The position numbers and the translations under genes were made by a program. From a virus, in IMG/VR virus record IMGVR_UViG_3300035187_002895, positions 5,480 through 69,479 of that record: a DNA stretch of 64,000 nucleotides. One strand, written 5' to 3'. The notes under the pieces were generated by a model. That model was not told the origin of the DNA, did no database searches, and saw only the letters and a program-made list of their open reading frames with translations. Below are positions 46,493 through 54,247 of this stretch, piece after piece (the stretch's first letter is position 1; each line of letters starts with the position of its first letter).

Positions 46493-46735
46493 CTAAAGAC
46501 CGAGTAACTCCGACAATTCATTTTGCTTTTTAGTTAGCCATTCCTTTGCTAATCTTTTACCATCTTCTAAATCGTAGCCTTCTCCGATATATTCGTTTCC
46601 AATAGTTACAGAATAGCTATCACTTTCTTTCCATCCTTTCCATTCAATTAGGCATTGACCTAATGGTGTTTCAGAAATAACGTGAGTATAATGGCTCACT
46701 CCTTGTTTTGGGTCTTTTGGTTCTGTCCAATTCAT
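46493..46735 (-). CDS. Hypothetical protein (cassette-borne)
   Basis: 80-aa ORF filling the cassette. Confidence 0.65.
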   Translation of the reverse strand: MNWTEPKDPKQGVSHYTHVISETPLGQCLIEWKGWKESDSYSVTIGNEYIGEGYDLEDGKRLAKEWLTKKQNELSELLGL

Positions 46736-46759
46736 TTTATTAAAATTTGTGAGAAGCCC

Positions 46760-46894
46760 TACCTATAACAGCACATAGGCAATATGGTGGGGTTCTCGGT
46801 TAATATTAAGTTTCGTTTTCAATTCATGTTTTGTGCTTACAGAGAGGTTAGTGTTCCAAAATCCGCCACATCGCCTATCTGCATCACGTTAGTA
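46760..46894 (+). repeat. attC-like site 6
   Basis: TACCTATAAC-AGCACATAGGCAATATGGTGG...CCGCCACATCGCCTATCTGC-ATCAC-GTTAGTA. Confidence 0.85.
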
Positions 46895-46900
46895 GCCATT

Positions 46901-47383
46901 TTAGGACAGACGTACATACCGCCCTTTAATGCTACAATTTTTTAGTATTTCAGCGTTTTCTTCACCATAAGCAATCAATACGCTTGGTGCTCCAGCCGTT
47001 CCACCTTTTTCGCCTGTAACGTGGTAAAAAGACAATCTACCTTTAATGAATAGTATTGCAGTTGCTTTATCCCATACACATTTAAAAAACATTTTCGTTT
47101 CAGTCCTTGCAAAAGTCAAGGCTATACAATTTCCGTGCATTACTGCCTTTTCTAAAAAAAGTTCTGTGTATTTTCCGTAAGGTGGATTACACCAAACTCT
47201 ACCATACCAATTTTGCATCAGTCCGTTATCATTAATATTAAAATGATTTTTAGCTGTGTCCCAAGGTCTTTCAATCGGGCTACACGGATCTAAATCAAAT
47301 TCGCCTAATGCTTTTACTAATTCGGGTGGGGTAAGCCACTCGTCTTTTCCTGTACTTGTATTACCTTCAAATGTTACATTCAT
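46901..47383 (-). CDS. Phage N6-adenine methyltransferase (Dam-like, PF05869-type), cassette-borne
   Basis: DEWLTPP...FDLDPCS...VWCNPPYG...ARTET...LFIKGRLSF. Confidence 0.9.
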   Translation of the reverse strand: MNVTFEGNTSTGKDEWLTPPELVKALGEFDLDPCSPIERPWDTAKNHFNINDNGLMQNWYGRVWCNPPYGKYTELFLEKAVMHGNCIALTFARTETKMFFKCVWDKATAILFIKGRLSFYHVTGEKGGTAGAPSVLIAYGEENAEILKNCSIKGRYVRLS

Positions 47384-47411
47384 ATTTTTTAAATTAATTC
47401 GTAAAAAAAAC

Positions 47412-47511
47412 GGCTACTAACACGCAATTGGCAAAATAAAAGCCATCAAGTGTAGTGCTAAACTTCAACGGTAGTGCAAGGCTTTTACTTCGCCAATCGC
47501 CACCGTTACCA
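47412..47511 (+). repeat. attC-like site 7
   Basis: GGCTACTAAC-ACGCAATTGGCAAAATAAAAGCC...GGCTTTTACTTCGCCAATCGC-CACC-GTTACCA. Confidence 0.85.
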
Positions 47512-47517
47512 CCAATG

Positions 47518-47931
47518 CTATAAGACACGGTAGTAGTTCTTTTCAAATATTCTGACAACCATATCACGTTCCCATTTTGACAACTTTGACTGTTTGTTTT
47601 GAATAAGTCCATATTCTTTGACAATATCAGTTCTATCAGGCAATTTGCGTTCATATCGACTTTCTCCATACCCATACAAATCATTCATATAAGGCATATA
47701 AATCATTGAAGCCATTGCCATAATTCCACCAAGTTTTGATGAAACGTGTTTATGTTTCCTTTGCTCTGTTTTTATCGGAGCATATTTTACACCGTTTAAA
47801 TCAAAACTTTCATCGTATGAATGTGAATTTGGTTCATCAACTATAATCACATCAACACCTTTGTTTTTTAATGCTTCGGCAACTGCTTTCCCAGAGCCAT
47901 CAATTCCAATTATTCCTATTTTATTTTCCAT
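47518..47931 (-). CDS. Hypothetical protein with Rossmann-like N-terminus (cassette-borne)
   Basis: 137 aa starting KIGIIGIDGSGKAVAEAL..GVDVIIVD. Confidence 0.6.
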   Translation of the reverse strand: MENKIGIIGIDGSGKAVAEALKNKGVDVIIVDEPNSHSYDESFDLNGVKYAPIKTEQRKHKHVSSKLGGIMAMASMIYMPYMNDLYGYGESRYERKLPDRTDIVKEYGLIQNKQSKLSKWERDMVVRIFEKNYYRVL

Positions 47932-47962
47932 TTGTTTGTTAAATTAAATTCATTAAAAGCAC

Positions 47963-48052
47963 TGGTGGTAACAGCACATAAGCAAAAGCCCAAAATCCAA
48001 CCGCACAATGCCACCGCTATTTGTGCCTTCGCTTATCTGCAAAACGTTACCG
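47963..48052 (+). repeat. attC-like site 8
   Basis: TGGTGGTAAC-AGCACATAAGCAAAAGCCCAAA...TTTGTGCCTTCGCTTATCTGC-AAAAC-GTTACCG. Confidence 0.85.
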
Positions 48053-48072
48053 CACCACCTTACCGCACCACC
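48047..48072 (+). repeat. 13-bp direct tandem duplication at the right junction of array 3
   Basis: TTACCGCACCACC twice, starting exactly at the G^TT position. Confidence 0.8.
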
Positions 48073-48080
48073 CCTCCTGC

Positions 48081-48488
48081 TCACTGCACCACCTCATTTC
48101 CCCGCCTGAGTTCCCTTTGGTTTCCGGTTTCGGTTTTGTGGCATCCCTTACACAACACTTCCAACAGGGAAGGGTCCTCCACGAAAAGCCGTTCACAAAA
48201 TCCCGGAAGGTCTTCGTATCTCCGAAGGCTCCCAACAGGAACGATGTGGTTCACTTCTACATTCCTCCTGTCGTAAAACCTTTGGCAGCGGGAACACAAG
48301 TAGGCCACCCGCTTACTGCGGCCCACATACGAAACGGATGAGGCCCGTTTCAGGGCTACATTGAAGGGCTTCCACCAACGGGATAGGTTCCGTAACGCTG
48401 ACCGTATCTTGCCCATATGGGCCGATTGCGTTTCCGTTCCGCTGTTGCGGGTCCGCTCAACTCTGGGGGCTTTTACCGTTCGTTTCAC
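48081..48488 (-). CDS. HNH-family endonuclease-like protein
   Basis: CSRC...EVNHIVPVG...LEVLCKGCH. Confidence 0.75.
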   Translation of the reverse strand: MKRTVKAPRVERTRNSGTETQSAHMGKIRSALRNLSRWWKPFNVALKRASSVSYVGRSKRVAYLCSRCQRFYDRRNVEVNHIVPVGSLRRYEDLPGFCERLFVEDPSLLEVLCKGCHKTETGNQRELRRGNEVVQ

Positions 48489-49024
48489 TCTCTTTCAAAA
48501 ATCAAATTGTTGTCAAGGCAATGGAACACCTGAAGGAAGTACCGCCTGTCCCTGGGGTGTACTTCCCCCGTGTAACTCTTGTATGTCCTCCCGTTTGTCA
48601 TCCGTATCTTGTGCATCGGGTAGGTTCGCAACAGGTCCGATTCCCGTTCCGTAAAGGTGAAGTAGGCTTCCCCCGAACAATTGAAAGGCTTCCATGATTT
48701 CTTCACCAGTTTGGCCCCGTTCTCAAACAGGACGATGATTTCATCGTTTTCGTTACAGGCCCCAAGGCCCACCATCAAAACGGATACCACAACGCTCAGG
48801 TCGTCCCGGATAATGGGGCTGACAATAAAGCCGAGTTTGCTCGTTTCGTTGGCCACCACAAAGTCCCGTGTGGTGAACAGGTAGGACTTACCCGACATTT
48901 GGTCGGTTTCCCTGTAAATGAAAACGCTGTCGGACTTTTTGAAAGCGTAAACCGTGTCAGGGGACTGTCCCGAAGCACAGGAAAGGGACAGGGCAAAGGA
49001 AAGGGCCGTTATGAAGTGTTTCAT
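48485..49024 (-). CDS. Exported protein with signal peptide
   Basis: MKHFITALSFALSLSCASGQ signal-like N-terminus; host-like periplasmic protein. Confidence 0.6.
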   Translation of the reverse strand: MKHFITALSFALSLSCASGQSPDTVYAFKKSDSVFIYRETDQMSGKSYLFTTRDFVVANETSKLGFIVSPIIRDDLSVVVSVLMVGLGACNENDEIIVLFENGAKLVKKSWKPFNCSGEAYFTFTERESDLLRTYPMHKIRMTNGRTYKSYTGEVHPRDRRYFLQVFHCLDNNLIFERE

Positions 49025-49413
49025 TTCTCGTAAACGATTTCGTTAGGGTCCGGAACATACACGCCAAGTTCCGTAATGGCAAAGGTGCGAATTTGTTCGA
49101 TATAATCGGTCATTTCTTTTGTCGTCAGGGACGAAGTGGAACGGACAAAGTATTGCTCCGTTCCGTCTGGCATCAGTTTGGCATACTTGAGGAACATCTT
49201 CCCCATCAATTGGTGCGTTTCTTCCCTTGTAAAGCCCGTTTCCTCAGAAACATAGGCTATCACAACGGACCAGTAGTAGCGCAATTGCGCCGCTGACCGT
49301 TGGGCCCTGTGCTTCTTGATGGATATGGCTTGCAGCCCTTTCAGGTGCTTGAGGACCCCAAACAGCTTCTGTTTGTCCTCGTTGCTGTCAAAGTTAATCA
49401 GGATGTCTATCAT
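49021..49413 (-). CDS. NinB-like recombination protein
   Basis: RSAAQLRYYW...G...EETH...STSSLTTKEMTDYIEQI...LGVYVPDP. Confidence 0.7.
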   Translation of the reverse strand: MIDILINFDSNEDKQKLFGVLKHLKGLQAISIKKHRAQRSAAQLRYYWSVVIAYVSEETGFTREETHQLMGKMFLKYAKLMPDGTEQYFVRSTSSLTTKEMTDYIEQIRTFAITELGVYVPDPNEIVYEK

Positions 49414-49425
49414 TTCCGGTCGGGG

Positions 49426-50850
49426 TTAGAAAGGTTCAAATGCACTAAGTCCATTGGATGTTATTGGTTTTGGGAACTGAGTAAATGTCGGGGCCTGTGA
49501 ACTGTGGTAATCCGAAAATCGCATAACCTTGTTTTCAAATTTTAGCGCAAATTCACCCACCGAACCATGCCTGTTTTTTGCAAGACTACCAACCGCAAGT
49601 CCATCAACTGGACATTCTTGATTATCAACCAAAAAATTACCAGATAGGCCGTAGTATTCAGGCCGCATCAGAAATAAAACTTGGTCAGCATCAGATTCGA
49701 TGTTTCCAGATTCCCGAAGGTCAGATAGTTGCGGGATTTTATCTGACCGCTTTTCCACTTCCCGATTTAGGGAAGAAAGGCAAACCACCGTAATGCCCAA
49801 CTCTTTGGCAATGGCTTTTAAAGTGGACGAAACTTCTCCCATTTCTTGGTCTCTGTTAAGGTTTTTAAAGTTGAGATTGCTCCCAGAAATCTTTTGTAGG
49901 TAATCCACAAAAAGAACCTGAATGCCAAACTTTCGCTTCCAAATGTGGGCTTTGGTACGGATGGATTGCACTCTGATTGTACTCGGATCTGAAATGTAAA
50001 TTGGCAGCTTTGCGGCTATGGCTTCAAAGTGGGCAAGCCGTTCAAGGTCGTTTTCATTAAGCGTGTTGCTATTGCGTAACTTGATTGCCTCAACATTCGA
50101 AATGTTTGAAAGAATCCTTTGCGTGATTTGTTCTCCGGACATTTCCAAAGAAATGACACCAACTGGTATGCCAGCCATTGACAAAGTTTTCATTGTCGTG
50201 GTCATCCAACTTGTTTTTCCGCTTCCAGGTCTTCCGCCTATAACCCAAAAATCAGTTGGTACGAATCCACCTGTAAGTGAATCCAAAACTTTTGACCCAG
50301 TCGTAATACCACCGCCACCGTTTTTGATTTTTCTTGCTCGGTTTTCCCTTTCAATTTCAATTCGCTCCTGCATGGTCAGGTCGTTTGATTTAAAATTGTT
50401 GGTCATTACATCGGAAACTCCTTTTTGGACAAATTCGGCAACTTCGAAAATATCCTCTTTTTCGTTAAGGCTTTTGGATAGTCCCTCAGTAACGACTTGG
50501 TTTATTTTAGTCCGTATGTATTGTTCAAGAATAATCCGAGAATGAATTTCTACATAAGCCGCCGAAGAAACCTTCATAGCTAAAAACCCAAGTTGCGATG
50601 CACCACCAACTTGTTCGTATGTGCCATCTTTTTTTAGAGTTTTGGCAAGCGTAATGGTATCAATCTGAACCCTATCGGCCAACATCTTTTGCAAGGTTTG
50701 GAAAAGGATTTGATTTGCCGGATTTGTAAAGCATTCGTAAGATGGCAAAATATCCAATGCTTTTATCAATGCTTGGTTGTCAAGAATCATTGCCCCTAAA
50801 ACTGCATATTCAGTTTCGAAGCTTTCGTCAAAGGTCGGTTTTGTTGTCAT
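49426..50850 (-). CDS. dnaB: Replicative DNA helicase
   Basis: EYAVLGAMI, GGRPGSGKT, SLEMS, FVDYLQ, LSDLRESGNIESDAD, AKNRHG; likely start MTTKP at 50850 (ATGA overlap). Confidence 0.95.
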   Translation of the reverse strand: MTTKPTFDESFETEYAVLGAMILDNQALIKALDILPSYECFTNPANQILFQTLQKMLADRVQIDTITLAKTLKKDGTYEQVGGASQLGFLAMKVSSAAYVEIHSRIILEQYIRTKINQVVTEGLSKSLNEKEDIFEVAEFVQKGVSDVMTNNFKSNDLTMQERIEIERENRARKIKNGGGGITTGSKVLDSLTGGFVPTDFWVIGGRPGSGKTSWMTTTMKTLSMAGIPVGVISLEMSGEQITQRILSNISNVEAIKLRNSNTLNENDLERLAHFEAIAAKLPIYISDPSTIRVQSIRTKAHIWKRKFGIQVLFVDYLQKISGSNLNFKNLNRDQEMGEVSSTLKAIAKELGITVVCLSSLNREVEKRSDKIPQLSDLRESGNIESDADQVLFLMRPEYYGLSGNFLVDNQECPVDGLAVGSLAKNRHGSVGEFALKFENKVMRFSDYHSSQAPTFTQFPKPITSNGLSAFEPF

Positions 50851-51566
50851 GGTCTGGAGCGGGGATTTTTTATTGGTTCTGTTTGATAATTTGAAAAACT
50901 TGGTATGGATGGATTCATCTGCTCTTTTGATAGCCAATTCCTCAAAGTTAGATTTACACTGACATAATCAAGTTTGGCCTTGTTTTCCATTGCAAGTAGT
51001 TTGGCATGGATTAAATCAATGTTAAACTCAGAGGCTATTTTTTGGGCTTCGTCAAAGGTCAGTTGCTTTTTGAGTTTTGAAACACGAGGGCAGTTTTCTC
51101 TGACCCATTGCTGAATAGGATGAATTGGTTCTTGAAATTTGATTTCATGTTTAATTGTTTCTTGTTCTAATGTTATATGTTTATTTATAGTGTCCATGCT
51201 TTGCCGCATGCTTTTACCTTGCTTTACCTCATGCTTTACCATTGCTTTATCCAATGCATTACCGTTTTTTGGCATGCCACTTTTTAGCGTTATGATGTTA
51301 GCGGTGTATTGATTCTTTGATTTTTGGACCATTTCAATAAACTCCCATTTGACCAAATCGTCAAGATGTTTGGTAAAGGTTTGAACCTTTTTAATTCCGA
51401 TTGCCTCCATAGCGTAATGGGTTGGAAGGCTAAACTTTTCCTTCCACCCCAAACGGTTGCAATGGTCGATTGCAAAAAAATAAATTGCCGTATGTGTAGG
51501 ACTAATCAAGTCGGTATTTTCAAACGACCAATCAAACCACTTGCGACTTAATTCGTAGCCGTTCAT
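50847..51566 (-). CDS. Putative replication initiator (wHTH)
   Basis: 239 aa directly upstream of dnaB; N-terminal wHTH-like region and C-terminal LRNWL motif as in phage O/DnaD-like initiators. Confidence 0.65.
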   Translation of the reverse strand: MNGYELSRKWFDWSFENTDLISPTHTAIYFFAIDHCNRLGWKEKFSLPTHYAMEAIGIKKVQTFTKHLDDLVKWEFIEMVQKSKNQYTANIITLKSGMPKNGNALDKAMVKHEVKQGKSMRQSMDTINKHITLEQETIKHEIKFQEPIHPIQQWVRENCPRVSKLKKQLTFDEAQKIASEFNIDLIHAKLLAMENKAKLDYVSVNLTLRNWLSKEQMNPSIPSFSNYQTEPIKNPRSRP

Positions 51567-51748
51567 ACCAAACGCAACAATATTTCCTTGAATTTTTCTA
51601 TTGCCTCTAAAGGGGTCATTTTACTAACCTCCTCTCTTTTTTCTTCTACAAGAAATCTGTAGACGACAATAATTTCATGAACCGTTAGGCCACCATCTTC
51701 GGGCCTTGTTAGCAGCCTGTTAAGGTCTTTCTGTATTTGGGATTCCAT
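51563..51748 (-). CDS. Hypothetical protein
   Basis: Likely start MESQ at 51748; ATGA coupling to the initiator. Confidence 0.45.
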   Translation of the reverse strand: MESQIQKDLNRLLTRPEDGGLTVHEIIVVYRFLVEEKREEVSKMTPLEAIEKFKEILLRLV

Positions 51749-51943
51749 AAAAACAAGCATCCCTGTCCGGTTGAAACCACAAGGTCTGGATTTGCCCAAC
51801 AGTTAAAGGCCCCTTGCGATAACGACCAGACAGGGATGTCTGAGTTTTTAATGTTTTTTTCCAATCTGTTAATTGTCGGGTTTTCCAGTCCCGTTGCCTT
51901 TCGGCTCTGCAAAGGTACAAACACTTATTTCACATTCGCAAAA

Positions 51944-52489
51944 TTATTTTTCCCAATATGTTTTCTCCCCCCTCCTGTAATGTTTCATGTTCTCCTTTGC
52001 CTTCTCATTGACAAAGTGCTTCTCCTTGTACGTCACATAGTTGTTGGGGAACAGAACAAACTGCCCCGTTTCAAGGGCAATAAGGTTTAACGGCTTGTGT
52101 TCCGCAGGATAGCGGGAATAGCCGTCCTTCCAATCAATGATGATGCCGGTGTGCCTTCCTTTGGGGTTTCCGGGATCAATCATTGGCCTTGCCTCTAAGC
52201 CCTCCAGGAACGGCAAATAAACGGCCTCTATGTCCTCTCCCATTCCGCACCAGGGCATCAGAGCGTTCCCGTCATAACGGAAATCCTCCGTCGTGGAAAG
52301 GGCCTGTAACGGCAATCCGCTCCAATGGGCCCCACTCTCAAGGAACACATGGCAGGAAAGGACCTGATACTCCCGGCAGAACACCCCGTGCCATATTCCC
52401 TTCGTAACGCCCTCTGGCATATCAGGGCCAAGGAACGAATTGTGAACATTCACATAGAAATGGAACGGAAGAGGGGCGTGGCGGGGCAT
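51944..52489 (-). CDS. Hypothetical phage protein
   Basis: 181 aa with LESGAHWSGLPLQAL, EHKPLNLIAL.TGQF...PNN; upstream TAGTTTTG box. Confidence 0.65.
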   Translation of the reverse strand: MPRHAPLPFHFYVNVHNSFLGPDMPEGVTKGIWHGVFCREYQVLSCHVFLESGAHWSGLPLQALSTTEDFRYDGNALMPWCGMGEDIEAVYLPFLEGLEARPMIDPGNPKGRHTGIIIDWKDGYSRYPAEHKPLNLIALETGQFVLFPNNYVTYKEKHFVNEKAKENMKHYRRGEKTYWEK

Positions 52490-52529
52490 GGAGCAAAACT
52501 ACACAATTCCCCCCAAACGGAACGGAAAC

Positions 52530-52562
52530 AAAAAAACCCTCCGAATTTCAGAGGGCCTTTCC
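52530..52562 (-). terminator. Intrinsic terminator
   Basis: A7-CCCTC...GAGGG hairpin. Confidence 0.5.
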
Positions 52563-52655
52563 TATATGTTTAATAAGACTAACTTTATCGTTCCCGTCCC
52601 CGTCCCCGTTTCGTCAGGAAGGCCCCAAAGAGGCCCGTAGGCGGGGCGTTTTGCT

Positions 52656-53018
52656 TTATGTGGGCTTTCCTTTCCCCAAAGGGGCTTCCCCCGAATCGTG
52701 CCGTTTCTTGCACTCCATAACCACTTCGTAAAGGCTCTCCATCGTGTGGCATATCCTCATGCCGTCAATTTCGGCCTGTAGGCTCCCCGTGCCGAACTCG
52801 TTCTCCCAACAATACCACCCAATCCATCCCATGCCGTCAGAACCGAAATGGGCCTCCATAAGGGCGTGTATGGCCGAATGTAAAGGACCCTCAATCCTTT
52901 CCAACCTCATTCCCAACTTGAACCACTCATCGCTAATGTTGCTGGCATCCTTGAGGGAAAGGATCATTCCCTTAAACTCGTCAAACTGCATCTGTTTTGG
53001 ATTTGTAGGTTTCTTCAT
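52656..53018 (-). CDS. Hypothetical protein
   Basis: Likely start MKKPT at 53018; WIGWYCWENEFG motif. Confidence 0.55.
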   Translation of the reverse strand: MKKPTNPKQMQFDEFKGMILSLKDASNISDEWFKLGMRLERIEGPLHSAIHALMEAHFGSDGMGWIGWYCWENEFGTGSLQAEIDGMRICHTMESLYEVVMECKKRHDSGEAPLGKGKPT

Positions 53019-53217
53019 AGTAATCTGTTCCGTGCAAATATTTTCCATCATCGGCAAAAGGGTTTTCGCCTTTATCAAAAACCTCCGCTATCTGCTCCTT
53101 CTCCATTGCCCTGCCCCGTTCCTTAATGGCCTTCCACTTTTCAAATGTTTCTATTGTAATTAAAGCTTCAATCTCTTTAATCATCCACTCTACTGCCGTT
53201 ATCTGTTTATTTTCCAT
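52981..53217 (-). CDS. TAVEW-family small protein
   Basis: KQITAVEWM...AMEKEQI...DYYEETY. Confidence 0.65.
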   Translation of the reverse strand: MENKQITAVEWMIKEIEALITIETFEKWKAIKERGRAMEKEQIAEVFDKGENPFADDGKYLHGTDYYEETYKSKTDAV

Positions 53218-53470
53218 AGGTTTCGGTGTAGTATTCCTGTCCGGTTTTAATGCCGTACAAATTGGTTCCATTTACATCTGTTATGGTGGTTTTTCGGCCA
53301 TGTGCAGCAATTATTTGGTCCTTCTCCATTGCTTTGGCCTTCTCAAATTTTTCATACCAATTTTGGCTCTTATCTTTTTTATTCCATAAATTTTTGAACA
53401 ACCATTCAGAAGCCATTGGCTCATTCCATAATTGTTCAAATAGCCATTCTACCGCAGTTTGCTCTTTCAT
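53207..53470 (-). CDS. TAVEW-family small protein
   Basis: EQTAVEWL...AKAMEKDQI...EYYTETY; internal EWLF..LWN duplication. Confidence 0.65.
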   Translation of the reverse strand: MKEQTAVEWLFEQLWNEPMASEWLFKNLWNKKDKSQNWYEKFEKAKAMEKDQIIAAHGRKTTITDVNGTNLYGIKTGQEYYTETYGK

Positions 53471-53691
53471 AGTTTTTCTATTTCTTGTTTTACCTCTAAT
53501 AAATAATCAAATATCCCTAACCATTCTTCAAATCTTCTTGGTTGTTGATTTTCCCATAGATCTAATAACTCATCACAAACATAGGTAGCTATTGTTTTAG
53601 CTATGAGTTTATTCTTATCATGAGATAACTCAGTACACCATCTACTATATGCATCATTATATAATTGTAATGCTTTTTCTTGTGCTTTCAT
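53467..53691 (-). CDS. Hypothetical small protein
   Basis: MKAQEKA...EVKQEIEKL. Confidence 0.6.
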   Translation of the reverse strand: MKAQEKALQLYNDAYSRWCTELSHDKNKLIAKTIATYVCDELLDLWENQQPRRFEEWLGIFDYLLEVKQEIEKL

Positions 53692-53701
53692 AGATTTTAA
53701 T

Positions 53702-54007
53702 TTAACAAACTGAACATCCAATTTTACCAGGTCTTTCCATTCTTAAAACGCCTTGCCTACAATTCGGGCAAATGTTTTTTCCTTCATTGAATGTAACCTC
53801 GTAGAAGTAATCTATGCCCTTAAAATCGTCATCATCATTTGACAAATACCCAAAATGAATGGCCTTCTCCATTTGCTCCTTCTCCATTTCCTTAGCCTTT
53901 TCAATCAATTCGTACATAACGCCATGAACGCCCACCGTTTCCTCAAGTTTGACAAACTCGGCCTCAAGCCACTCAACTGCCGTCTGCTGTTTCCGTTCCG
54001 TTTCCAT
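53702..54007 (-). CDS. TAVEW-family small protein with Zn-ribbon tail
   Basis: KQQTAVEWL...AKEMEKEQM...YFYEVTF, followed by CPNC...CSVC. Confidence 0.65.
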   Translation of the reverse strand: METERKQQTAVEWLEAEFVKLEETVGVHGVMYELIEKAKEMEKEQMEKAIHFGYLSNDDDDFKGIDYFYEVTFNEGKNICPNCRQGVLRMERPGKIGCSVC

Positions 54008-54014
54008 ATGTCTG

Positions 54015-54209
54015 TTATTCGTTTGTGTCGTCCATGTCGTCCCCTCTCGAAACAGGAAGGAAATGTTCACATTCCCCATCCCCGTCAGGCTCACAAGCCA
54101 TCACCTCATCCGTTACCTCCCGTATGTCACTCCTGAAAAGGAAATAACGAAGGCACATTTCCCCTAAAGGGCATTTCCTGTTGGAACAAAGAGCAAATCC
54201 AGAAGCCAT
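54015..54209 (-). CDS. Small Cys-rich protein
   Basis: LCSNRKCPLGEMCLRY...CEHF; upstream TACATTTG box. Confidence 0.55.
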   Translation of the reverse strand: MASGFALCSNRKCPLGEMCLRYFLFRSDIREVTDEVMACEPDGDGECEHFLPVSRGDDMDDTNE

Positions 54210-54247
54210 TTCAAAAGCAAATGTAAAACAATTATTTTGTTCACAAA

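Larger units (their letters stand above)
46136..48046 (+). mobile_element. Integron-like cassette array 3 (cassettes 46136-46480, 46481-46888, 46889-47505, 47506-48046)
   Basis: Start/end core pairs GTTATGTGTC/GACACATAAC, GTTATAGGTA/TACCTATAAC, GTTAGTAGCC/GGCTACTAAC, GTTACCACCA/TGGTGGTAAC; one ORF per cassette. Confidence 0.9.

Noticed and set aside
40688-48072. CRISPR array, REP/BIME or simple terminator interpretation of the palindromes
   Set aside because: The repeats are long, divergent and separated by whole genes, with no U-tails or cas genes. Per-cassette core complementarity is not explained by these classes.
47394-48341. ORFs 47394-47684, 47932-48276, 48021-48341 and 48047-48235
   Set aside because: They cross attC-like sites or overlap better-supported genes; likely incidental frames.
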